NCBI GenBank assembly: GCA_964504585.1
Contig: CAZDEW010000004.1
Span: 4,052 to 68,051 of the forward strand
Source of the DNA: an uncultured Pseudomonadales bacterium
GTDB taxonomy: Bacteria; Pseudomonadota; Gammaproteobacteria; Pseudomonadales; UBA7434
Direction of reading: 5' to 3'
DNA length: 64,000 nt
The first letter of the stretch is position 1; every line of letters starts with the position of its first letter. Below are positions 39,510 through 48,880 of the stretch, in pieces. The position numbers and the translations under genes were made by a program. The notes beneath the pieces were generated by a model. The model ran no database searches. It worked only from the letters and a program-made list of their open reading frames with translations, and had not been told where the DNA came from.

Positions 39510-40967
39510 CTACTTCTTTATCTTGCTGATCAGGTTAGTGGTTGACAAGCCCTCGACCAAATCAACAATCGCTACAACACCACCATAAGACTCCACCAGA
39601 TCAGCGCCAACGATGTTCTCACGCTGATAATCCCCGCCTTTGACTAACACATCAGGGCGTATTTCGGAAATGAGTTCCAGAGGTGTGTCGTCACCGTCAT
39701 CGCCAAAGCAGAGAATCCAATCCACACAGCGCAAGCCGCGCAAGACCGCTCGACGGTTCTGGAGAGAATTAACTGGCCTGTCACTGCCTTTTAAGCGCGA
39801 AATACTGCTATCGGTATTCAATCCGAGTACCAGCCGGTCGCCAAGCTTTCTCGCCTCCTCCAGATACGCGATATGCCCTGCGTGCAATATATCGAAACAG
39901 CCGTTGGTGAAGACTATTCGCTCTCCATTCTGACGGGCAGCCATAATCTGGAGTTTCACAATCTCCTCGTTGCCTGGGCCTGCAGAATGGGCCATCTCCT
40001 GAGTCATGTAAGCCTGAACAAGCTCAGGCAGTGTGACCGCCGCGGCACCCAAACGGGATACAACCAGCCCCGCTGCTACGTTTGCATAGCGAGCCGCACC
40101 CGCAAGATTCTCTCCAAGGCAAGTCATAATCGCCAGTGTAGCGATGACGGTGTCACCGGCGCCAGTCACATCACTAATTTCCTTGGCGCTGACACCCAGG
40201 TCGAGCTTATCGACCTGGCCATCGGTGTCGCTTGCACTAATGATTGACATGCCTTGCTCACTCCGCGTGAGAACCATCGAATAAATGGCATAGTTGTCGA
40301 GCATGTCGCTAGCCGATTGCAGGATGTTCGCCTCTGTATCGACGACGCCGCCGGCGTTTACAAACTCAGAGCGATTGGGAGTAATTACCGTTGCACCACG
40401 ATAGATAGAGAAATCGTGCGCCTTGGGATCAACAAGAACCGGTTTTTCATGATCCTTTGCGAGTGCGATCATCTCTGTGACCAAGCGCAGGGTGCCCTTC
40501 TCATAATCTGAAAATACTATGCAATCATAGTCTTTCATCGAAACTTCAAATGCGTCGCGAATAGACTGCGCATGTGAAGGCTGGAATTTCTCCTCCTCAT
40601 CGAGTCGTAGAATCTGCTGCCCTCGGCTAATCACTCGGGTCTTGGTGATCGTCGGCAGATCGTTACACACAAGAAGTTCCGCCTTTATCCCAAGCTCTGA
40701 AACAAGGCCGCGCATTGCTTCGGCACTACCGTCATTACCGACCATCCCCAGTAAGCCAACTTGCGCGCCCAGTGAGGCGAGGTTTCGCGCAACGTTTGCA
40801 GCACCCCCTAAGCGGCATTCAAAACCTTCGACCTTGACGACGGGTATTGGCGCCTCTGGAGAAATTCTCTGCGTATCGCCGGTATAGTACTGGTCGAGCA
40901 TGACATCGCCTACGACGAGCACTCTGACGCCGGCTGCCTTCTGCATGAGGGGAGAATCAAAATTCAT
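39510..40967 (-). CDS. hldE: bifunctional D-beta-D-heptose 7-phosphate kinase / heptose 1-phosphate adenylyltransferase
   Basis: 485 aa. The N-terminal half is ribokinase-like (GGAANVARN, DVTGAGDTV). The C-terminal half is a nucleotidyltransferase (TNGCFDILHAGHIAYLEEAR). Confidence 0.93.
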   Translation of the reverse strand: MNFDSPLMQKAAGVRVLVVGDVMLDQYYTGDTQRISPEAPIPVVKVEGFECRLGGAANVARNLASLGAQVGLLGMVGNDGSAEAMRGLVSELGIKAELLVCNDLPTITKTRVISRGQQILRLDEEEKFQPSHAQSIRDAFEVSMKDYDCIVFSDYEKGTLRLVTEMIALAKDHEKPVLVDPKAHDFSIYRGATVITPNRSEFVNAGGVVDTEANILQSASDMLDNYAIYSMVLTRSEQGMSIISASDTDGQVDKLDLGVSAKEISDVTGAGDTVIATLAIMTCLGENLAGAARYANVAAGLVVSRLGAAAVTLPELVQAYMTQEMAHSAGPGNEEIVKLQIMAARQNGERIVFTNGCFDILHAGHIAYLEEARKLGDRLVLGLNTDSSISRLKGSDRPVNSLQNRRAVLRGLRCVDWILCFGDDGDDTPLELISEIRPDVLVKGGDYQRENIVGADLVESYGGVVAIVDLVEGLSTTNLISKIKK

Positions 40968-41329
40968 AGTGCGGGAGGGGAGTAATTATCCTGTTTAAAA
41001 TATGCGAATAGCCGCCGTAGTCACCGCTGCCACAAAGCCGCGAATAGCTTTTGCACGTAGCAAAGCACCCCCAATCTTACCACTTTCTAAGAACCATCGG
41101 ATGTCATGATGCCGTTAATCTAACCGCAGAATTAGCAGGTCAATACCCCAGACCACGCCAGCGAAATTACCCCAGCAAGCATGTCGCAGCGGGCATCCAA
41201 ATCCCGGACGGTTAGGCTTGTTTCAGGGCTCCCTATAAGCAGGCCTGTAACCCCGGCATAAGAACGAAGATGATTCGAGCCTTCGTATAGTACAATGACA
41301 GCCTTAGAATTCTGACCTCCAGACAGAAC

Positions 41330-42031
41330 ATGCATCTGTATCACGCAAAGACAAACATCAAGGACGACGAAAAAGCAGCGCTTGAGAAAAAAGTTACAAA
41401 CGCCATCGCACAGCTCCACCACTCCCGCAAAAAAACCAGAGACGGAAGAGGTGAAATATTTATCATCGACGATCACGAGCCCGCGCTCGTCGTTAAGCGC
41501 TTTAGACGGGGCGGCCTCGTCGCTCGCCTGACCAGCGCAACTTATCTAGGGCTCAGCGACCACCACTCTCGCATGGTTGTAGAGCTGCGGTTTCTAGAAA
41601 CGTTGAAGCACCTTGCCTTACCAGTTCCTGCGCCGGTAATGGCCGCCGTGTCGCGCAAATTTTTATTCTACGGCGGATATCTGGTCACTGAACAAATCAA
41701 AAACGCCAACACGCTAACAGAGTCACTATGCAGAGGGCCACTGCAAAGCGAGCATTGGGAGAAAATCGGGGGCACGCTCCGCTTATTTCACGACAAGCAG
41801 ATTTTCCATGCTGATCTTAACGCTGGCAATATTATGATTGATAAACAAGGCAAGGTCAGCCTGATAGATTTTGATAAGTCTTATAAACGAGAGCATGATA
41901 CGTGGAAGAGCGACAATCTCTTACGCCTGAAACGCTCATTGGAAAAGATTCGCCGTGCCGAAAAGGAATTCCACTACAGAGAAGAAGATTGGACAATCTT
42001 AATGCGCGCTTATGACAACCAGGCCAACTAG
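41330..42031 (+). CDS. kdkA: 3-deoxy-D-manno-octulosonic acid (Kdo) kinase
   Basis: 233 aa with a kinase catalytic/Mg pattern (FHADLNAGNIMID ... LIDFDKS). Size and position next to waaA fit KdkA. Confidence 0.78.
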   Translation: MHLYHAKTNIKDDEKAALEKKVTNAIAQLHHSRKKTRDGRGEIFIIDDHEPALVVKRFRRGGLVARLTSATYLGLSDHHSRMVVELRFLETLKHLALPVPAPVMAAVSRKFLFYGGYLVTEQIKNANTLTESLCRGPLQSEHWEKIGGTLRLFHDKQIFHADLNAGNIMIDKQGKVSLIDFDKSYKREHDTWKSDNLLRLKRSLEKIRRAEKEFHYREEDWTILMRAYDNQAN

Positions 42032-42041
42032 ATAAACTCCT

Positions 42042-42079
42042 GCCCTTAGCCCTTAGCCCTTAGCCCTTAGCCCTTAGCC
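42042..42079. repeat. perfect heptanucleotide tandem repeat (GCCCTTA) x5 plus a partial copy
   Basis: Read directly. It fills most of the 56-bp gap between the convergent kdkA (stop 42031) and waaA (stop 42088). Confidence 0.95.
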
Positions 42080-42087
42080 GATGGTCG

Positions 42088-43344
42088 TTAACCGCGCTCA
42101 GCTCCCGATATAAAGTCGATGTAGGTGGCGAGAATTTTTTCGGATTCGCTTTTAACCTTCCATGCGGCATCAGAAGAATCGTCGCCCTTCATCGAATCTA
42201 AATCAAGATTACCCAAAGCCTCAGCCTCCAGTTGAATCAAGACGCCAAGCTCCTGCAGCCAAACCACATCCTCATCAACATTCTCTGTGTGGGGGCCTAC
42301 CACGACGGTCTTGCCCTGGAGCGCAGGCTCTAAGACATTATGCCCGCCAAACGGCGCAAAGCTGCCACCGATGATTGCCAGCAGCGCACCCGGCAAGAAG
42401 TGCTGAATCAGCCCCATGGAATCAATCAGCAAGACATCTGGAGCACTACCGGCATCAAAGCTCGATAGCAGACTCACGCTTGCGCCCGCTTGTGAGAGCG
42501 ACGCAACAACTTCATCGATTCGCGATAAATGTCGAGGGGCAATAACCAGCAAGGGTTTGTCTTCCCGCCCTCGCCACGCCGTCCAAATCAAACGTTCTTC
42601 GTCGGGGCGACTGGATATCACCAGCACATAGTCGCGGTTTGGCAACTTAGCAGTTGGAGCGATAACCGCAGAAGGTAGATCCTTCGAAACAACAACAGCG
42701 CAGCGCTTTAGGTTTCCCAATATGGAAACTGTATCCGGTTGTGCACCCAGATCGACGTAGCGCGCCGAGTTGTGCTCGTCGCGACAACCGACCCGGTCTA
42801 CACAGTTCAAGGCGTGCTGATAAAGACCCTTCAATGCTCGCGGAGCACTCATGGTCTTGTCACTAAGTCTCGCATTAATTAGAAGCAACTCAAGCCCTGA
42901 CCGAGACGCCTCCGCGAATAAATTAGGCCAGATTTCTGTTTCAACAACAATCAACTTACTTGCTTTCAGCTGCTTGATAAAGCGACGCGTTGAAAAGTAA
43001 AAATCCAACGGTAGATAACAGCTTTGAATACGCGCCAGCTCATACTGTTCACAAAATTTTTCCAAAGCGCGTATCGCTTCCGGCGTGTTGACGCTAACAG
43101 TCAACGACAACTCGTTTTCCCGACTAAGCGCAATCAATAATGGGAACAGGGACGTCACTTCACCGACCGAGGCAGCATGAAACCAAAGCCGCTGCTGCGC
43201 TGCTTTCTCCCCTTGGAATCTAGCCAATCCCAGACGCTGTAGAACATAGCGAATGCCCCCCGCTCGAGCGGCGGCCTGTTGCAAAGTCAACAAAAGCGGA
43301 ATCGGGTAAAGGATATAGAGAAGGACACTATAGATAACGCGCAT
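42088..43344 (-). CDS. waaA: Kdo transferase WaaA (KdtA)
   Basis: 418 aa with WFHAASVGEV near the N-terminus and a GT30 C-terminal pattern (GGSF..FGGHNVLEP). Confidence 0.92.
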   Translation of the reverse strand: MRVIYSVLLYILYPIPLLLTLQQAAARAGGIRYVLQRLGLARFQGEKAAQQRLWFHAASVGEVTSLFPLLIALSRENELSLTVSVNTPEAIRALEKFCEQYELARIQSCYLPLDFYFSTRRFIKQLKASKLIVVETEIWPNLFAEASRSGLELLLINARLSDKTMSAPRALKGLYQHALNCVDRVGCRDEHNSARYVDLGAQPDTVSILGNLKRCAVVVSKDLPSAVIAPTAKLPNRDYVLVISSRPDEERLIWTAWRGREDKPLLVIAPRHLSRIDEVVASLSQAGASVSLLSSFDAGSAPDVLLIDSMGLIQHFLPGALLAIIGGSFAPFGGHNVLEPALQGKTVVVGPHTENVDEDVVWLQELGVLIQLEAEALGNLDLDSMKGDDSSDAAWKVKSESEKILATYIDFISGAERG

Positions 43345-43435
43345 AGAGCCTCGTTGATCGACAGAAGACTTCGTTATTTTTAGTCGCTAATCGCATTCGT
43401 ATCACTGAAAATACAGCGCTAAAATTTACCGAGTT

Positions 43436-44356
43436 ATGGCAAAAGATAAAAAATCCCGCAAAACTGCGCTCTATCATCCTCGATACTGGATGAACTGGAT
43501 TGGCGTACTCTTGCTGCGCATCGTTGCCACCCTGCCATTGGGCGCGAAACACGCGGCTGGAAAGGCGGTGGGGATCCTAGCCTACCACTTCGTAAAAAGG
43601 CGTAGGCACATAACCAATGTCAATATTGAACTCTGCTTTCCGGAGCTTTCTCCTGATGAAAGGGCAAAGTTGGTAAAAGACATTTTCATCCAGAACGGCA
43701 TTGGATTATTCGAAATAGCATGGTCATGGTGGGTCAAGCCGGGGCAGCTGGAAGGGCTGTACACGCTTGAAAATCTCGACTTACTTCGTGAAGCCCAGCG
43801 GGATGGTAGTGGCGTGCTGCTGGTTGGAGCACACTTTGTCCATCTAGATCTTTGCGGCGCTATGATCTGTCAGGATTACCCAATCGGTGCCATCTATCGA
43901 ATGAACAACAATCCGGTCATGGAGGCAGTGATTACTCGCGGTCGCAAACGGATTTTCACCGATGTGCTGGAGCGATCCGACATGCGCGCCATAGCCCGCA
44001 GACTAAAAGCCGGCGCAGTTATCTGCTATGCCCCGGATCAGGACTTTAATCACCGGCATAGCGTATTCGCCCCTTTCTTCGGCCAGAGCGCCTCAACGCT
44101 GACTGCAACCAGTAGGCTGGCAAGGCTCGGCAATGCCAAAGTCGTCGGTCTATTTCACTACCGCGACCCAAAAACTCGCCACTATCGTATAGTTTTTAAA
44201 GCAATCGACCCATCATTCCCGACGGGTGACGACGTGCAAGATGCGACGCTGGTGAATCAAATGCTGGAGAGCTGCATCAGGGAAGCGCCGGCCCAGTATA
44301 TGTGGGTACATCGGCGCTTTAAAACCAGGCCTCCCGGAGAAAACCCAGTCTACTGA
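43436..44356 (+). CDS. lpxL: lipid A late (secondary) acyltransferase, LpxL/HtrB family
   Basis: 306 aa with an N-terminal TM segment, the acyltransferase H(x)4D motif GAHFVHLDL, and YMWVHRRFKTRP near the C-terminus. Confidence 0.82.
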   Translation: MAKDKKSRKTALYHPRYWMNWIGVLLLRIVATLPLGAKHAAGKAVGILAYHFVKRRRHITNVNIELCFPELSPDERAKLVKDIFIQNGIGLFEIAWSWWVKPGQLEGLYTLENLDLLREAQRDGSGVLLVGAHFVHLDLCGAMICQDYPIGAIYRMNNNPVMEAVITRGRKRIFTDVLERSDMRAIARRLKAGAVICYAPDQDFNHRHSVFAPFFGQSASTLTATSRLARLGNAKVVGLFHYRDPKTRHYRIVFKAIDPSFPTGDDVQDATLVNQMLESCIREAPAQYMWVHRRFKTRPPGENPVY

Positions 44357-44635
44357 AGCACAGACAAGGCATATTAACGTCACTCGCACGCACAACGCGC
44401 GGACAAGATGGCGCACAGGGTTTACACTTAATCCCAGATACTACGCCAGACGACCGCGTGCGCATAGCCATCGTTACAGCGAGATTTAACGCGGCAGATG
44501 TCACATCCTTGCAGCTGTAACTAGGGCTAATACCAACAGCGGGGAGGTGTCAGACGCGGGGTCAGGATCGAAAGCAGGACCGGCATCTAGCGTTGTGCTT
44601 ACCCACCACTAATTTTGGATTTAGAGAGAAACACT

Positions 44636-45631
44636 ATGACTGCGTTCGGCAGCCAGTTTATGCCTAAGATGAGCCTTACCGAGTACCGGGATGGCGCGTG
44701 GAGCAGCAGCCAAATCACGGACTGTGATCGTGTAACCCTGCATGCGGGCGCGCATGTGCTCCATTATGCGAGTTCGGTGTTTGAAGGGCTCAAGGCGTTC
44801 AAGCATAGCGATGGTAGCGTCAAACTCTTTCGCCCGGATCGCAACATTGCGAGGCTGGCCAGGAGCTCACAGTTGCTGCATCTACCTGCTGTCGACGAAG
44901 CTCAGGTACGGGAAATGATTTTCTCAATTGTCGCGCACTATGCGGCGCAAACACCCGAACCTCCAGGCTCAATGTATGTTAGGCCCACCCATATTGGCAC
45001 CGAACCCGCCATCGGCGCCGCAGCCGCCGGCTCGACCAGCAGTATGCTCTATGTACTGCTGTCACCCGTCGGCGATTATTTTGCTGGAGGAAGTGGCGGA
45101 CTGAGTATACTGGTCGAGGAAGATTACGCGCGCTGTGCGCCGCATATGGGCGTCGTTAAAAGTGGTAGCAACTACGCCAGCGCACTGGGTCCGATTCTGC
45201 AGGCCAAGCAGGAATACGGTGCAGCCCAGATTCTCTTTTGCCCCAATGGAGATGTGCAGGAAACCGGCGCTTCCAACTTTCTACTGATTGATGGCGACGA
45301 GATCATCACCAAAAATCTTGACAGCACGTTTTTACACGGAGTGACTAGAGACTCGATATTGGCGCTTGCACGAGACAAAGGTATGCAAGTCTCGGAGCGC
45401 GCTTTAAGCACGGATGAGCTTTTTGAACGGATCGCAAAACCCGAATGCGAGGCGGCGCTGAGTGGAACCGCCGCAGTGCTAACGCCAGTGAGCACCTTGA
45501 TTCGCAATGGCAAACCCCACAAGGTCGGCAGTGGACTGGAGGGCAAAACCACAGCCGCACTGCGTGCCGAATTGAATGCGATTCAGTGGGGGCAGGCAGA
45601 AGACAAATTCAACTGGCTGCAATCGGTCTAA
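44636..45631 (+). CDS. ilvE: branched-chain amino acid aminotransferase (fold type IV)
   Basis: HYASSVFEGLKAF, RP.RNI.RL and VKSGSNYASAL patterns. I prefer the ATG at 44636, with AGAGAGAA upstream, over the TTG at 44615. Confidence 0.82.
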   Translation: MTAFGSQFMPKMSLTEYRDGAWSSSQITDCDRVTLHAGAHVLHYASSVFEGLKAFKHSDGSVKLFRPDRNIARLARSSQLLHLPAVDEAQVREMIFSIVAHYAAQTPEPPGSMYVRPTHIGTEPAIGAAAAGSTSSMLYVLLSPVGDYFAGGSGGLSILVEEDYARCAPHMGVVKSGSNYASALGPILQAKQEYGAAQILFCPNGDVQETGASNFLLIDGDEIITKNLDSTFLHGVTRDSILALARDKGMQVSERALSTDELFERIAKPECEAALSGTAAVLTPVSTLIRNGKPHKVGSGLEGKTTAALRAELNAIQWGQAEDKFNWLQSV

Positions 45632-45632
45632 T

Positions 45633-47453
45633 CTAGCGGTCGACCGCAGGCGCAGTGCGCAGTACTTCTTCTGCCGTTGTGAGGCCGGCCGCTACCTTGT
45701 GCGCACCCGCAAGCCGCAGGGTTCTCATGCCCTCGCGCATAGCCTGAGTGCGGAATTTAGCGAGATCAAAATCATCGGTAATCAGCCGGTTGAGATCCCG
45801 GCTTAATGGAAGGATTTCGTAGATTCCCTTGCGCCCGTAATAGCCAGTATTGCGGCACTCCATGCAGCCCACATTGTGGTAGACCTGCTCAGGCATCTTC
45901 GCACTCCAGGGCGCCGTCAACTCATGCCAGATATCGTCATCGAGCGACGCGGGCTCCTTACAGTGCTCGCAAAGCGTTCGCACCAGGCGCTGGGCCATGA
46001 TGCCGATCAGCGTGGCACGCAGCAGGTAGGAGGGAATACCAAGTTCCAGCAAACGAGAAACTGCGCTGGGCGCATCATTGGTATGCACCGTAGAAATCAC
46101 CAGATGCCCGGTTAATGCGGCCTGCACTGCCATCTCGGCCGTTTCGGGATCGCGAATTTCGCCAATCATGATGATATCCGGATCCTGACGCATCAATGCC
46201 CTGACGCCGCTAGCAAAGCTGACATCGATCTTTGCCTGAACCTGCATCTGATTGAATGCCGGCTCGACCATCTCGATAGGATCTTCAATGGTGCAAACGT
46301 TAACCTCGGGGCGCGCAAGCATTTTCAGCGTTGAATATAGCGTGGTGGTTTTACCCGAGCCGGTGGGGCCGGTTACCAAAAGAATGCCATTCGGCCTCTC
46401 AGCCATGCTGGTCCATCTGGCGTAGTCCTCTGCGACCAGACCAAGATCCTCAAAGCTGCGCAGCAATACATCCGGATCAAAAATTCGCATGACGAGCTTT
46501 TCACCAAATGCGGTGGGCATGGTAGCCAAACGCAGCTCAACTTCGTTGCCGTTCGGGCTCAGGGTCTTTATTCGACCGTCCTGCGGCTTGCGTTTCTCGG
46601 CAAGGTCCATGCGGGCGAGAATCTTCAGGCGACTGGTTACCGCACCGATCACAGCTGGCGGCAATTCGTAAATATGGTTCAGCGCACCGTCAATCCGAAA
46701 ACGAATATTGCCCTGATCCCGCCTTGGCTCAATGTGAATGTCGCTTGCCCTCTGGTCGAAGGCATACTGCAGCAACCAGTCAACGATATTGATAATGTGC
46801 TGGTCATTGGCATCGGGCTCGGCCATTTTTCCAAGCTCGAGCATCTGCTCGAAGTTGGTAACCGGCGACTCTGATTTATTGGTGCCAAACGCGCTGCTAA
46901 CCGAATTAACAAGGCTGTAAAACTCGACCGCATAGCGGGTAATGTCAGCCGGATTGGCGATCACGCGGACGATGCGCTTTTTCAGCACATGCGCCAGATC
47001 AGCCTCCCAGTCGTTCAGGAAAGGCTGTGCACTTGCGATCACAACTTCATCCTGTGTAACCCGCAAGGCAAGAATATGGTGACGCTTGGCGAAAGCGAAT
47101 GACATGACGTTCACCACCGAACGCACGTCAACCTTCATGGGGTCGATCACCTCGACCGCTTGACCCGATAGCTGACCCAGCCAGTGCAAAATTGCCGTTA
47201 CATCCAAGCGCTGCCCATTAGCTGCATTCACCAACTTCTGATCAGCCACATAGTTAACCGGATGCTGCTCGAGTTCGACTTTACTGCGGCGTAAACCGCT
47301 GAGCTTTAGCAGGTCATCCTGATTAATCATTCCGCTGCGCTGCAGCTCGTCCAGCAATGCGCGCAAATCGAGAGGGCGAGCCGGGAACGATTGATGCGAC
47401 GCGCCAGCACGCGCATGCTGATTCAAGGGCTCGATTTTCGGGTTATGATTCAC
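45633..47453 (-). CDS. GspE/PilB-family secretion ATPase (orphan)
   Basis: 606 aa with an N-terminal T2SSE_N-like region, Walker A GPTGSGKTTT and a His box TGHLVISTVHTNDA. A tetracysteine motif (CEHC ... CMEC) is also present. Confidence 0.85.
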   Translation of the reverse strand: MNHNPKIEPLNQHARAGASHQSFPARPLDLRALLDELQRSGMINQDDLLKLSGLRRSKVELEQHPVNYVADQKLVNAANGQRLDVTAILHWLGQLSGQAVEVIDPMKVDVRSVVNVMSFAFAKRHHILALRVTQDEVVIASAQPFLNDWEADLAHVLKKRIVRVIANPADITRYAVEFYSLVNSVSSAFGTNKSESPVTNFEQMLELGKMAEPDANDQHIINIVDWLLQYAFDQRASDIHIEPRRDQGNIRFRIDGALNHIYELPPAVIGAVTSRLKILARMDLAEKRKPQDGRIKTLSPNGNEVELRLATMPTAFGEKLVMRIFDPDVLLRSFEDLGLVAEDYARWTSMAERPNGILLVTGPTGSGKTTTLYSTLKMLARPEVNVCTIEDPIEMVEPAFNQMQVQAKIDVSFASGVRALMRQDPDIIMIGEIRDPETAEMAVQAALTGHLVISTVHTNDAPSAVSRLLELGIPSYLLRATLIGIMAQRLVRTLCEHCKEPASLDDDIWHELTAPWSAKMPEQVYHNVGCMECRNTGYYGRKGIYEILPLSRDLNRLITDDFDLAKFRTQAMREGMRTLRLAGAHKVAAGLTTAEEVLRTAPAVDR

Positions 47454-47692
47454 GAACTAATCAACTCTCTGACAATAGAATCTGGAAATCTCTTTTCGAA
47501 GTCGCGCTATGATACGGTGTTTGAGCAGCAACCGCCCTACTCTAGCCACCTATCGGAAACGACGCGCAATAAATGAACAGTAGCGCTAACTCATTAAGTC
47601 TAGCCACTGAGCATCACATAAACACTTGGCCTTGGCAAAACTGAGCACCAAATGCCGTTTCCAATGAATATTTTTCCAGAGACTGCGCAAGC

Positions 47693-48838
47693 ATGAAGAA
47701 AACACAGGAAATTCTCAGCGAATTGGTCGCAATACCGTCAATTAGCAGCGCCGATACCGCCTGGGATCTCTCAAATAGACCAATCATTGATCACCTTGCG
47801 ACTCGCCTGGAGGACCTTGGATTTACTATCGAAATTCAGGCGATTGAAAACAATAAAGCCAATCTGATTGCCAGCATCGGCCGGGGCAGCGGTGGTCTGG
47901 TACTGGCCGGGCATACCGATACCGTCCCCTACGATGCGGACCTATGGCAGTCGGATCCATTCGTTCTTCAGGATTCTGATGATCGTTTGCTCGGACTCGG
48001 CAGTACCGACATGAAAGGTTTTTTCGCCGTATCACTCGAAGCACTTGAACGACTGGGTAAAACTGCGCTCGCCAATCTCGACAAGCCACTAACCGTGGTT
48101 GCGACGGCCGACGAAGAGTCCAGCATGTCTGGCGCGCGTGCACTTTCTGATGCAGACCCTCTCAATGCACGCTTCGCGGTAATCGGAGAGCCCACGGGCA
48201 TGCAACCGGTGCGGATGCACAAAGGCATCATGATGGAGAGCATCAGTCTGCACGGGCAATCCGGTCATTCGTCCAACCCGGCTCTGGGACACAGCGCGCT
48301 CGACGCCATGCATCAGGTCATCTCAGAACTGATGGCGCTACGCCAGTCATGGGCCACGCAATTCCAGAACCCCAGCTTCGAAGTCAGTGTGCCGACAATG
48401 AATCTGGCGTCTATTCACGGCGGCGACTCACCCAATCGAATTTGCCAGCACTGTAAACTCGGTTTTGACGTCAGGCTTCTGCCGGGTATGAGCAACGAAG
48501 ACATTCGCCAGCAAATTCAACAAACGGTCTCCGATACGCTGTCGGGCTCAGGCGTATCGGCCAAATTCTCAACGCTCTTTACCGGTGTAGAGCCATTTCT
48601 GGAAGCAGAGGATAGCGAGCTTGTGAAAACTGTTGAAAAGCTCACCGGTCATCAGGCGGTGAGCGCCGGGTATGCCACCGAGGCGCCATTCATGCAGGCG
48701 CTGGGCATGCAAACCGTGGTGATGGGCCCCGGCAGCATAGACTGCGCCCATCAAGCTAATGAGTTTTTTCCAAAAAATCAGATTGAGCCTGCGATCTCGC
48801 TAATAATGCAGCTGGTCAATCATTACTGCATGGCGTAA
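47693..48838 (+). CDS. argE: acetylornithine deacetylase (M20 peptidase family)
   Basis: 381 aa with LVLAGHTDTVP, GLGSTDMKG and ADEESSMSGA motifs. It is adjacent to argA. Confidence 0.82.
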   Translation: MKKTQEILSELVAIPSISSADTAWDLSNRPIIDHLATRLEDLGFTIEIQAIENNKANLIASIGRGSGGLVLAGHTDTVPYDADLWQSDPFVLQDSDDRLLGLGSTDMKGFFAVSLEALERLGKTALANLDKPLTVVATADEESSMSGARALSDADPLNARFAVIGEPTGMQPVRMHKGIMMESISLHGQSGHSSNPALGHSALDAMHQVISELMALRQSWATQFQNPSFEVSVPTMNLASIHGGDSPNRICQHCKLGFDVRLLPGMSNEDIRQQIQQTVSDTLSGSGVSAKFSTLFTGVEPFLEAEDSELVKTVEKLTGHQAVSAGYATEAPFMQALGMQTVVMGPGSIDCAHQANEFFPKNQIEPAISLIMQLVNHYCMA

Positions 48839-48880
48839 CCTGCAGTTTGCTTATAACCCAGTTCAGGCAAGTCCCGCGGG

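Noticed and set aside
41132-41476. 114-aa minus-strand ORF overlapping the kdkA start
   Set aside because: It is Cys/Val-rich and unprotein-like, with no motif. It overlaps the 5' end of kdkA, which has kinase motifs.
42042-42079. Heptamer array as a CRISPR or telomere-like element
   Set aside because: The units are contiguous with no spacers, so it is not a CRISPR array. The unit (GGGCTAA on the other strand) does not match canonical telomere repeats, and the context is an internal chromosomal intergenic gap.
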